Assembly (NCBI RefSeq): GCF_018350175.1
Contig: NC_058368.1
Location: 115,756,001 to 115,820,000, forward strand
Reading direction: 5' to 3'
Length of the DNA stretch: 64,000 nucleotides
Source: Felis catus
Lineage: Eukaryota
This document shows, piece by piece, positions 39,541 to 50,624 of the stretch. Both the position numbers and the translations under genes were made by a program. The notes beneath the pieces are model-generated. The model saw only the letters and a program-made list of their open reading frames with translations. It was not told the DNA's origin and ran no database searches. Each line of letters starts with the position of its first letter. The first letter of the stretch is position 1.

Positions 39541-41284
39541 CTGGCAGTGCAGAAGAGAGCAGGGTCAGAGAGGGGAGGGGATGGAGGGAGAGATACAGAG
39601 AGAGATCGGGGAGCGGGGAGGGCAGGAGAGAGAGAGAGAGAGAGAGAGAGAAACGTTGGTCAGGATTCTTCAGACACCAGCAGCCAGCCTGTGAGGTGAA
39701 AGCAGGTTAGTGGTGTCCCCTCCCAGCCTCCTGAACCCCTGCCCTGGCACCCAGTCCCCAAGAGCCCTGAGGGGGGTGGAAGGAGGAAATGTTAGGATCA
39801 GCAGGCAGGGCAGGTTCTTTAGAGATGAGCTGTGGGGTTAGTACCTGATGGGGAGGCGGAGGCGCAAGTCAGTCGGCAGATGTCCCCAGGGAGGAAAGGT
39901 GAGTGGGGGTGGGGGTCTGAGGAGTCCTGTTTCCCCCTGCCCCCAGCTCCAGGGCCAGGCCTTCCACACTCCCACGCCCCTCTTGGAGACTGCCTGCTCG
40001 GCCCTGAGCTCGATCACCGGGCCCTTTTTTCTGTTCAGAACGAGGGCATGGGGTGCCCAGACTGGTCCTTGTCCCTGTCCTGCCTCCAAAGGCCCCTCTC
40101 CTGGGAGCCTGAGCATGAAGACTCCTGAGTTTGTGGGGACAGGAGGAGGCTCCAGCCAGCAGGTCACTTGCCACATCTTGACACTTCCAACACCTTTGAT
40201 GCCTACAGGGCCTAGGCCTTGGGGTCGGGTCCTGATTTCACCACTTAGAAAAGCAAACTGCAACTTCTAGGAAGAGACAGGTGGGTTCACCTGTGGAACA
40301 CGCGTGTCAGACGGTGAGACAGTAGCACTCTGAAGTCGATTGTGTTGTACAGGTGCGCTTTCACGGCCCTGTGAGGTGGGCGCCCATGCCATCGAGATCA
40401 AAGGGCCCAAGGGTCAGCCCTGCCCCAGACCCACTGTGTCTCCAAGTGTACCAGGCCTATCCACCTCTTAGAGTCTTCTCTGTTCACATTGGAGCTCTGG
40501 GAACTCTGCTACCCGGCCATACCTCAGAATCATCCAGGCCGATGGGATCAGACTGTGGGGTGGCAGCCCAGAAATCTCAACAGTGTTTCTGAAAAGCTCA
40601 CCTACCATTCTACTGTAGCCAGCGCCTGTCTGCAGCCTCTGAGTTTCAGTTTTGTCCCTAATTTGCTGTGTGCACGTGGGCAAGTCTAGTCTCTGTTTCC
40701 TCATCTGTCAAAAGTGTCTATATGCAGTGAGAGGAAGACATGAGAGGCCTGGACAGCGGGAGGCTCAGTGTGCATGAAGGAGCCCAGTCCGTGGCCTCCC
40801 CACACGCACAGTCAGCGCCATGACATCCGGGGAGGAGGTGAACTTGTGTTCTGATGTTCTCGTCTCCTGTAGGGGAAGGAGAGCATGGGGGCCATCAGCT
40901 GGAAGTCCTTTTCTGTTCCTGCTGATTGAGTCTCTGGGCCTGACTGGTTTGGTCATGAGAACTGACCACCTGGAGTAGCGAGCTGGGTCCCAAAGCCTTT
41001 GACGAGTTTTCTTCTGCTTCCCTGCTCTGGGAACCAAGTAACAGCGGCGGCAGCAGCTTCTGGGCCTCCTAACTGACCTCCCCTTTCAGTTGAAGGCCAG
41101 TACGGTTTTGGGTGGGTCAGCGGTGGCTGACAGGACTGGTGATGTCACTGCCGGGAAGGCAGCCCTGCTTTCCTCTCACAGGGGTGGATTCTGAAGGGAC
41201 GGTGGCTATGTCTGCTCCTGTCAAAGATGCCTCCCAGTCATCATGTTCATAGGCTGCCACTCAGCCAGGACAGAGTGGCACCAT

Positions 41285-41340
41285 TGAGTCACAGGTCCTA
41301 TTGGGCAGACATTTGCATATTGACCAGTAACCATGGCAAC
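41285..41340. promoter_or_regulatory. Candidate intronic enhancer module: AP-1 + octamer + RFX X-box
   Basis: TGAGTCA 41285-41291; ATTTGCAT 41311-41318; GTAACCATGGCAAC 41327-41340. Confidence 0.5.
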
Positions 41341-43999
41341 CCGATGCTGGACTCCCAGCAGGGCCAGGTTTACCAGATGATACACAAAGTCTTCATCCTG
41401 GACACATCTTATGACACACAGTTACAGGGGCCTGGCCAGGGAGGCCAGGACGCGGGCCCCTGATGAGAGCACGTGCTCATGTGTTTGTGCGTGTGAGTGC
41501 AGGCGTGTGCTTGTGTTTGAGCACGTGTCAGTAGGTGCTTACGTGTGTGTGTGTATGTAGGTACATGTGTGTGTTCTTTCACTTGGGCGGTATACCGATG
41601 TGCAGGTTTTGACTCTCAGGAAATGGAGTGGCTGTCAGGGGAAGAAGGAATGCAATTGTGGCCATAGGCTCTGTTTCCATGGACTCTGCAAAAGGTAATC
41701 TGGTCTAGAGGCTGTCTGGGCAGAGGGAGAAAGTCAGACCCCTTGCTCAGGGCTTGCTGGGAGTCAGCCACCAGGGTACTGGTGGGGGACCTCCTGCCTC
41801 CTACCCCATACCAGCTGTAGCCGCAAGAGGTACTCAGCTGCTCTCCATCAACAGCGGCCGGCTCTCTGCTAAGCCTTCGTAGGGAGCACTGCACTCCCAT
41901 CCTCAACGGCAACCCTCGAGGTGTAAATGTTACTACCCCCATTTTAGAGATGAGAAAACAAACTCGGAGAGGTTAAATGAGGCCCCAGAACTAGTGAGCT
42001 CAGCAGCTGGCATTTTTATTCAGATCTATCTGAATCCAAAGCCTGAACACTTAAAGGTAGCATTTTCTGCTACCTTTTCAATAATTATCTGATGCCGTAA
42101 GTGCTCTGGGCAAAGTGCTTGAAGACTAGAAATCCTTCATGCAAAGGTAACAGCAATGATCCTGATGACACTAGGCAGAAAGGCCTGTGGCAGCATTTCT
42201 AGACTTTTTCTGGGCTCCTGAGGCCCTGCTGACCCTTCAAGCAGCTCTGAGCTGAAAGCTGAAGCGGCCCAGCTGGCAGAGAAGCTTGGCCAATGGCCAA
42301 GTTCTGGAGGCTCTGCTCCTCTGATTCGGGACGGGCTGGGACTCCCTGTCCAGAACAGTCCCGTAAGCCAGGGAGGCTCTGGACCTAAAGGTGAACAGGA
42401 ATAGGTCCTCCATTGCCTCTTTCCTCTGGTCCTTAGCCTTGGCCTGGCTGCTCTGTTCCCTCCTGAGGCCCCTCCTGACCTATGGTCTTCCATAGGTGGG
42501 GCTGGATCTGACTCTGCAATTCTTCCTGGAGCCTGGGCTCTGGAGAATTCTGGACCACATGCCCTGCCCACAGCTCTCCTCTTATCCCCATAGCCTTCCT
42601 CCCTGGCCTTCAGCCGGAGGGGCCTGGGGGGAGTGCTGCCTCCCACACACTGTGAAGACAGTTGACCGTCTGGGCTGACCAGCCCCCACCTCCCTGCGGC
42701 CTCTACTTTCCTCTTTAAGTCATGGCTTCCAAGCTCTAGCAGGGAGAAGGAGGTGATGATTTCTAGGCTTTTGTGCTGTGGCCTAAGGAGGACTGGGCAG
42801 ACTTGTTTCTCTACCCTGAGACCCAAACTCAAAAACCACTTTTCTCCAAAGGGCTACCTAAATGACCCTCTGGGTCCTGCTCTAGGCCTCTCCTGGAGCT
42901 CTGCCTCTCACCCAGGCACCATCACTTTGGTTCCTAATTCTTCATGGGATACAGCTGTCCTAGGAGAGGAGGAGGTGGGGTGGGCTGAGCAAGGGCCTAG
43001 TATGTTCTGAAGGATGGGTGACAGTGTCCTGCCTTGCAGGCCAAGAGACTGGTGGGCCCCAGATGGAGTCCATAGCTGGCCGGGGGCTTTTTGCTCTGCT
43101 AGGCCTCCACCTGGTGATGCTTGAAGAAATTGTTCCCAGCCTCAAATAAAACACTCTATAATTAGGGTCTCGTCTTTCTGCTGCAGGGCTCACATTTTTT
43201 TTTTTTTTTTTTTTTTTTCCCAGCTAACTAGGCAAACCAGAAAGCTCTACCTCACAAGTGGAAGAAAGGAAGGGAATGGAGTCCTGGATGGGGACTCAGA
43301 CCAGAGAGGGCCTGGAGAGAATCACCAATCATCCCTTGAATCCTCATTTCCTCTTTCAGTAGGCAGCAAACCCCATCCCACCCTATCCTTGAGCCGCATA
43401 AATGTCTCTGGCCTCTGGCCTCTGTGGAAACCAGTGCCCTGGCGCTTGTTCTCCCTCAGCATCCCCTTCCCCACTCTCCCCCATCGCCCCAAGTCAAATA
43501 AAACAAACTCTGGCCAGACCCAAAGACAGGCTGAGAACTTGTTTGTCTCTCGCAAACGCACCAGCACACACGTGCATACACTCATTGCCTGGCCCCATCA
43601 GCACCTGACATCCTCAACAGGCTTTAAAAGGCAGGCGAGGGCCCCGCCCCTGCTTCTCCCATTGCTGGCCAGGCTGTCCGCTCTCGGAAGGGGGGAAGGG
43701 GGGAAGGGGTGCGGAGGCCTGAGCGCAGCCCCCCACGCTTGCAGAGAGAATCCGGGGCTGTTACTGTGCCCAGCCGAGAGTCGGGACGGGGTGGGGGGTG
43801 GCAGGGGGGCAAATCCGTCTCCTCCGAACAGGCTTCTAGTTAGCACTGACGACTGAGAGGAGCCCAGGACACTACCACTCCCTACCCCCCTCCCTTCCCC
43901 CGCCGCTCCCTCTAGTCTCTCTAGGCAAGGCCCGGTCCCTCTCGCGTGGGGAGATTGTCAGTCACCAGGGAGGAAAAGAAATAGAAGAAAGAGACATAC

Positions 44000-44058
44000 T
44001 GGAGAAGTTGACCATTGCGAACTGCTGACACCTGTCCCCGGTGTATCCCACAGGGCAC
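44000..44058 (-). CDS. NRG2: NRG2 EGF beta exon (CPVGYTGDRCQQFAMVNFS)
   Basis: ttggtag acceptor, gtatgt donor; supplies Cys5 and Cys6 of the EGF domain; 59 nt. Confidence 0.95.
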
Positions 44059-44421
44059 CTACCAAAAGAAAGAAAACCAGAAAGAGAGAGCCAGGATAGC
44101 AAGACACAGGCATTGCAACACCCCGGCACGGGCTCCTGCCGATGCCAGCTGGGTTCCTTGCCACCGTTACCGCTTGTACTGGCCTTGCCACTCTGCCCCT
44201 TACCTGCAGCCCTGAACTTTAAACCCAAGGATTAGGCCAAAAAATGAAAAACAAAGCAAAACAAAAGAACAAACCAAAATACAAAAAAAGAAAAGAGAAA
44301 CAAAACAAAACAGCCAAAGATCAAAACAACCAACACCCCTGGCCCTATGCCCTACATCGGGGGGACTGCACCCGGAAGCTTTCTAAGGAGCAGGGACTTG
44401 TGTTTGTATCTTCAAACATAC

Positions 44422-44498
44422 TTTGCTTAGGATCTGGCATGTACAATCGCAAAGGCAGTTTCTCCAAACATCTCTGTCCGAAGAATCCGTTTGGACAT
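44422..44498 (-). CDS. NRG2: NRG2 EGF alpha exon (CPNGFFGQRCLEKLPLRLYMPDPKQ)
   Basis: ctccag acceptor, gtatgt donor; 77 nt; supplies Cys5 and Cys6 of the EGF domain; translated by hand. Confidence 0.95.
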
Positions 44499-46572
44499 CT
44501 GGAGAAGGAAAAGGGGAAAAATCACAGAACAAACTGGCATCATCCGCGAGGCTCAGGTTAGAAATCAAAGTGCACAGTGATGAATGAGAAAACCAAGTCA
44601 GGCGCTGGGGCACACTCGTAGCTGCAGGGGCTGGAGTCAGGGCTGGGGGGAGGGCTCAGAAATCTTCAAAATCTCTCTACCCGGTGTTGCTCGGTGGGTG
44701 GTGGGGGGCAGGGGTGGGGCGGAGAGGAGGATGACTGAGGGAAGCGGGTGGGGAAATTGGGAACCTAATGCCCAATTGTCCTGCGGGTGTGGAGACTTCC
44801 CTTCTGACCTGCCTGGGGTCCCATGAAGCCAGAAAGGTAGCCCCTGGTGCCAGGCAGTCAGGTAGGATGCCGGGAGCCTTCCAGAATACCAAGTTCTGGG
44901 AAGCCATTCCTTCCAGGCCCTACCAAAGGGTTCTCTCCAGGGCCCTGGGCAGGTTTTCTCATCCATGAAACAGCCCCCAGAAAGCTCAGAGGAGAACTCC
45001 GGAATGCTGTTCCCAGACTGTGTGCCCATGACAAAGGTGACCTTGGAGGTGTTTGATCTGTTCTCTCAAAGAGGGTTCTGTGGCCAAATAAATTTAGGAA
45101 ATCCGTTCCCAGACTTCCTTAGAGAGTTGCAGTGCCCGCTGGCATATGAAAGGCTAGGAAAAGTTTTGTAGGAGGAAAGAGCTTGAATATTCCAGTATGT
45201 TCCCAATTTATTTGACCAAGGAAGACGTTTTTTGAGGAACCCTTGTTAACATGGTTTGGGGAAGGCTGCCCTAGAGCAATACGCAGGGGGGAAAAAGGCT
45301 TAGTGGGGAACAAGGTGAGGCTGGGGAGGAGCCAGAATTAGCAACGTCTCACAGCTGGCCTGCCAAGGCCAGGTGCAGGCTATCTACCCTCAGGTGGCAA
45401 GAACCACAATTGGGGGTGGGGAGGGCTAAAGCAGGCTCCCTGAGAACCCTGAAGCTTCTTCCAGTTAGGGGTCTCCTGGCTGCCTGGACGCTTGTCTTTT
45501 CCCCATGACCTGCTCCTCCGTCACTGCCTGGCTCTGGTGGGACCGCATTCTCCCATGTTGTCTCCTCTGTAGCTACAGAGCACCACCCACTCTCCCTGAC
45601 CTTGTCCTTACCCCCAGGTACACTTTCTTCTGCTCTCTGGCTGCCCCTCTCCTCTCAAGTGAGTCCCTGTCTTGCAGACTTCTGGGAGACATGCCCTGCC
45701 CTGTACTCTCCTCTGAACCCCAGCAAGGCCAGATACCTAAGGGAAGCTTAAAGACAGGGCCAGACTGACCACCACCCCCCCATTCCCCTACTCGAAGATG
45801 GGTTTTGGCTGCTTCTGCCTCTTTTTCTTGGGGAAATTAGGTAACCCCATCACGGATGTTTCCTCAATAATAGATCACTGTGCAACATTAATCAGTAAAC
45901 CTTCTCAAGAGGTGAGAGTACTCTACCTCTTAGCATTCTCGTGTAAACCAACCATCAGCGACCTCTTGAGCTTATAGGGGGTGGCTCCCATTGGCTATGA
46001 TAGACCCTCGGGGAAATCCTGTTGACTCCAATCTAGCTGGGGGGTGGGGAGTGGCTGGTGAGCAGACAGCTGGAGTTTCTCTGGGCCTTGATGGCATCTC
46101 CCTCAGGGGAGGCAGGAGGCTGGTCCCTGCAGTGGTGGCAGTGTGCGGAGGTATGCCTAGCCAGTGGGTAGGGGTGGAGGACTGGGAAGTGTGTCTGAAA
46201 AAGTGGAGGGGGAGTGGTTACAAGGGAAACTGATGCACGTTCATCCTGTTGAACAGGGTGGCTCCCGGGAGGAGGGAGAGGAGGAGGAGGAGGAGGCAGC
46301 GGCGGCTAACCCTTACTATATCCTTCTCTGACCTAAGCGTCCCGTCCCAGGAAAATGGAAGTAGGGCCTAAGGCTTTCCAACCAGCTCCAGTCAGGCTCA
46401 GCTCTCCTTTCTCAGCTCTCAGAGACTGATATCCACTTGGGGTGGGGACTAGAGGGGAGAATAAAGCAGCAGCACCTTTGGGGGTGGAGGATAAAGACCC
46501 AGGAAATTGCCAAAATGATTCTTGGAATCCTCAAAGGAATAAGAAAGAGATACATTTGACAGTGTCCAATGT

Positions 46573-46590
46573 CTAAGATTAGCCCAGCTC

Positions 46591-46623
<33 letters not shown>
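46573..46623 (+). repeat. (TG)n microsatellite
   Basis: Read directly. Confidence 0.9.
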
Positions 46624-46625
<2 letters not shown>

Positions 46626-49600
46626 TTGTGTTTGTGTTTAAGAGAGAGAATGGGGTAGTGCAGGGGCAGGAGGGGCAAAGGGAAAATTTATCTCTTTGCT
46701 GATAGTCAAGGGATGCTGTCCCATGGCTCTTGGGAGACTGATGATAACTAAGCACATCCCTGAGTCCCTGATCCCACACCCAGCCTGGACTGCCCCAACT
46801 GCCTCCTCAGATCTTTCATGACCACTGAGTTGTACAACCCCAGGTGGCACCACGGACACGGTCTATAACGTGAATGTGCCCCCCTGGAGTTATGTAATAC
46901 GGTCCTAATCTTCCTGCCCTGGGACATGTGTTCCCCACTGGCTGAATAAAAGAAAAGGCAATGGGGGATGGACATAGCACAGGGGTTGGGGACTGGTTCC
47001 CCATACTGTTCTTTGGGCATTAGATCCTTCCAGGAGGCTCCTGGGCTCTCCTTATCCCTGCTTGTTGAAAATGAGCCACATCCGGGAGCCTGAGGCTTCC
47101 CTAGAGAAGATACTGGGAGTGGGCCTACAGCCTTGCTACCCTGCACTCAGGACCATGTAACAGGGTACGGGCTACACAAACCCGTCCACCACGAGTGGGG
47201 TCTGACTCAGTGTGGATGGCTGGCCGGTAGTGGGTTCCCACTGAAAGAGGGATTGGCGCTCTGAGTTTCAGCAGCACAGGGGACAGGTTAAAAGGAGTGG
47301 CAGGTCATAGCTTTCTCAGCCCTCCCCCACATCATGAGCTATGACTATGGGAAGATCTGTGCCCAGGGCTGGAGAAGAGCAGGGTGAGACGGGGGCAGAG
47401 AGGAGAGCCCATGGGCTGTATCTGGGGTGACAGAGAGGTTGGAACTCTGCCTCCCCGTTTTCCCACCCACCTCCCGGGCCTCAGTTTCTCCTTTTGGTAG
47501 CCTGGGGATAATGCCATGTGTGCTGCCCTCACCCGAGGGAGGGGGAGGATGAAGGATGAGGGTGTGCCCCGGGGCACTGGAGGGGGTGAAGGGTCTCTGG
47601 CCTCATGAGGGGTGGGGTGGAGATGTGGAGAGGATGAGCAGGCAGATGGGTATGGGATGGGGGAACCACCTGAACATGGGGAGGGACAGGGGGAGCAGAA
47701 GAGGGGGAGGGATGAGCTTGATGGGAAAGGGAGGCATGCCGCTGGTATGTGCACAGGGCTGGAAAGAGAGTCTTGTTCTGTCATCATCCCCTGAACCAGT
47801 CCCCAAGAGTCACGCACCAACCGTGCTCTACAAAAACACGGAGAGAAGAGGAGAAAGCAGCGAGAAGAAGTGCAGAGGTCCCTGTCTGGCCCAGACAGGA
47901 GACAGTCACCTTGATTTGGACCCCCATTTTCAAATCCCCCTAAGTTTTCTTTCTTTAAAACAAAATTCAGTATCAGTGACACTGTTTCTTTTGGCTCTGA
48001 ATTCCAGAAAAACAGGGACGGAGTGTGCCTGCTTTCCAACACTCCCTGCAGGGCTCTGAACCAATACACAACAACAAGTGTCAGAAAACCAGGAAGGAAA
48101 ACTGAGTTTTATAGAAACTGGAATGAAACTGACCAGTCTAGTTTCATTATCCAAGCTAAGCGGAAATGCAAAAAAATCAAAATAAAAAGTAAACAAACAG
48201 CACAAATGGTAAGACGTGAGTTCTGTTTCCTATATTCTTTCCTTTTTATTCCATTCAGGTGTCATCAGGCATCCCAAGAGGCCTGCCCCCCACTTCCCTC
48301 CCAGCTCACCCACCCCCAGAATGGCCTCTGGGTTCTGCCCTGCCCCCCACCCCCCCTGTCCTTCTCCAGCACAGCTCTGAGGACTTGCCCTCCTGAAAGC
48401 GATCTCCCCTGAGGGCTCAGGGAGTCAGGGAAGTTGGTTCCAGGAGCCCTGGCTAGGGCTGACCCTAGGGCAGGTTGAAATGGGGAGGTGGTGCTTCTGG
48501 GTACCAAGGTCAAGTTCTAAGCAGGGAATCCCAATTGCCCTGGTGAGGAGGGGCACAGGACACCATCTTCATAATGATTTAGGCTCCTGCCCTCTGCTAC
48601 TCTCAGATTTAGCTGGGGGTGACTCAGAAGGTCCTAGGGCTACAGCCTTGCTGGCAGGACCCTTTGGAATCTCACAAGCTCATCACACCACTTTCCACGC
48701 TAAATGCTAGCACTGAAGTCCTGCAATCCCATGGCCCTCTGTGGCCCTGGTACCTGTCCTGGGTGGCTGAAAACTTCCCTGCCTGGAGCCAGGGCTGATC
48801 TCCTTAATGCTGCTGGATTCCTTCAAGGTTCCAGGGTCCAAGGGGCTAGGGAGGTGTGGTGTGTACGTGTTTGTGTGTGTTGTGTGTGTGTGTGTTTGGG
48901 GATTAAAAAAAGAGGGGCCTGCAGGGCCGGGCCATGTCTGTGGGGTACTCCAGAACGCTTATGAGTTTCTGTAGATGTATTGCAGAGAGCTCAGACCATT
49001 TTCAAGTCTAGAATGTTCCACACAGTCTCTAGCACTAATGTGGCAGCCTCCTAGGGGCAGAAGGAGGGAAAGATGAGGGGCTGAGTCCAGGCTGAGAATT
49101 TCCCTGGGGGACCTGCGGTGGCTGCAAATTCAGGATGGGGGAGGACAGTAAGGGGATGGCAGCAGGTGCAAGGTGGGATTGCGGGGGGAAGCCGGCAAAG
49201 GAGGCCCGCTGGGGAAAGAGGCACAGATCTGCCTGGCAGTCCGGGTCTAGCTCAGCTAGCCCGGCACAGAGGGGAGAGTGTCAAGGAGGCACGGCCCCTC
49301 ATTATTCCCGTGTGAGGTGGAGGGGTCTTTGGCTAAGGCTGTAGTCAGTGGGGGGATGCAGCTCTGGAGCTGGAGCCCAGAGGCAGGAGAGCTGAGAGGT
49401 GCTGAATCTGACCTTGTCTGTGAGGAGGGCAAATGCCTCTCTGAATTTCTACTAATACTCTAGTGGCTTTTGCCCAGATGCCATGGGAATGGGGCAACTG
49501 TGGCACCTTGCCAGGGTCCTAGGCTTGGGGTGCTTTGAAAACCCGAAGTTGTTAACTAGTGCCCCCTACCCCTCCTCAGGATCTGGCCAGAACCTGTACT

Positions 49601-50503
49601 GCCCTCACCAAGCTCTTCCTCCGGCTCCTCATACACCCACCAGAGAACCTGTCAGGGGTCCCGTGGGCTCAACTGCTTGAATAGGACCCAGCTGGACCTG
49701 AACAAGCCCTCCTGGGTTACTGTGCTCCCATCTGCCCTGTTTGCTAAGGGGAGTAGGATGAAAATCCTGCTGGGTAGAGAAGCCCCAACTTGAGCTTCTT
49801 CTTAACCTTGACCTTCCCCAGGTTGTGTCTGGGCCACAGCCAGAGTGGTGTCTTTGCTGGTGTCCCCTCACCCCATAGAGAGGGGCTAGGGTCTGAAGTG
49901 GCAGAAGCAGCACCCAGGGTGTATCTGAACACCAGGCAGGGAGAGTAGCCAGGTCTTGAGGTGAGCACCGGACGCAGAGTCCTCGTCTCCCCTCAAGGCT
50001 CTGAGAGCAGACCCTCCACTACCAAGGGCACTGGGAATTGTGCTTTGCCGGACCCTGCCAGGCTCTTCACTGCTGGGGAAGACACACCATGGGAAATGTT
50101 CATCAGAACACAGTTTGGAGAGTTGCTGAGAAATGGGGCGGGGGGGTGAGTGGTACAGAGAGAAGGGGGAGAGAGAGAAAGGGAGGGGGAGAGAGAACCC
50201 AGTGCCTAGGGCATAGACTGGCTTCCCCATCTCCCTAAAAGATGGTGGTGAAAGGGTGGACACTGGGAGAGGGGGTGGGTAGGGGCCTGAGAACCTGGCA
50301 CTGCAGAAGCCCTGAGCCCTTCAGCGTTTACATCTCCCTATATTCTAGGAAAGGCCTGGGAAGTGGGGCAAACCTCCCTGTCTACACCCCTTGGGGACCC
50401 CCTGTCAGTGGCCTGAAGCCCACTTTTCCTAGAGCCCTCCACTTCTGCCCCAGCGTCTCTCACCCTAGTCTTGCCCCCACGCCCACCCCCACTGGTCACT
50501 TAC

Positions 50504-50624
50504 TTGCAGGAGAGCTGGTTGATGCCCTCGATGTAGTAGCAGACGCCTCCATTGACACAATAGGATTTGGCCGTCTCGTTGCACTTCCGGGCATGCCCCG
50601 ACCATGATGATAGAGTGGTACTCA
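50504..50624 (-). CDS. NRG2: NRG2 EGF core exon (VSTTLSSWSGHARKCNETAKSYCVNGGVCYYIEGINQLSCK)
   Basis: ccccag acceptor, gtaagt donor; first four EGF cysteines. Confidence 0.97.

Noticed and set aside
43195..43218. 24-nt T run (poly-A on the NRG2 strand) as a retrocopy or transcript end
   Set aside because: No adjoining retroposed body or TSD recognised; more likely a simple homopolymer and an oligo-dT mispriming site.
46847..46858. GCACCACGGACA resembling the REST/NRSE core
   Set aside because: Both flanks deviate at high-information positions (TTCAGCACC and GGACAGCGCC); too weak without a PWM score or ChIP data.
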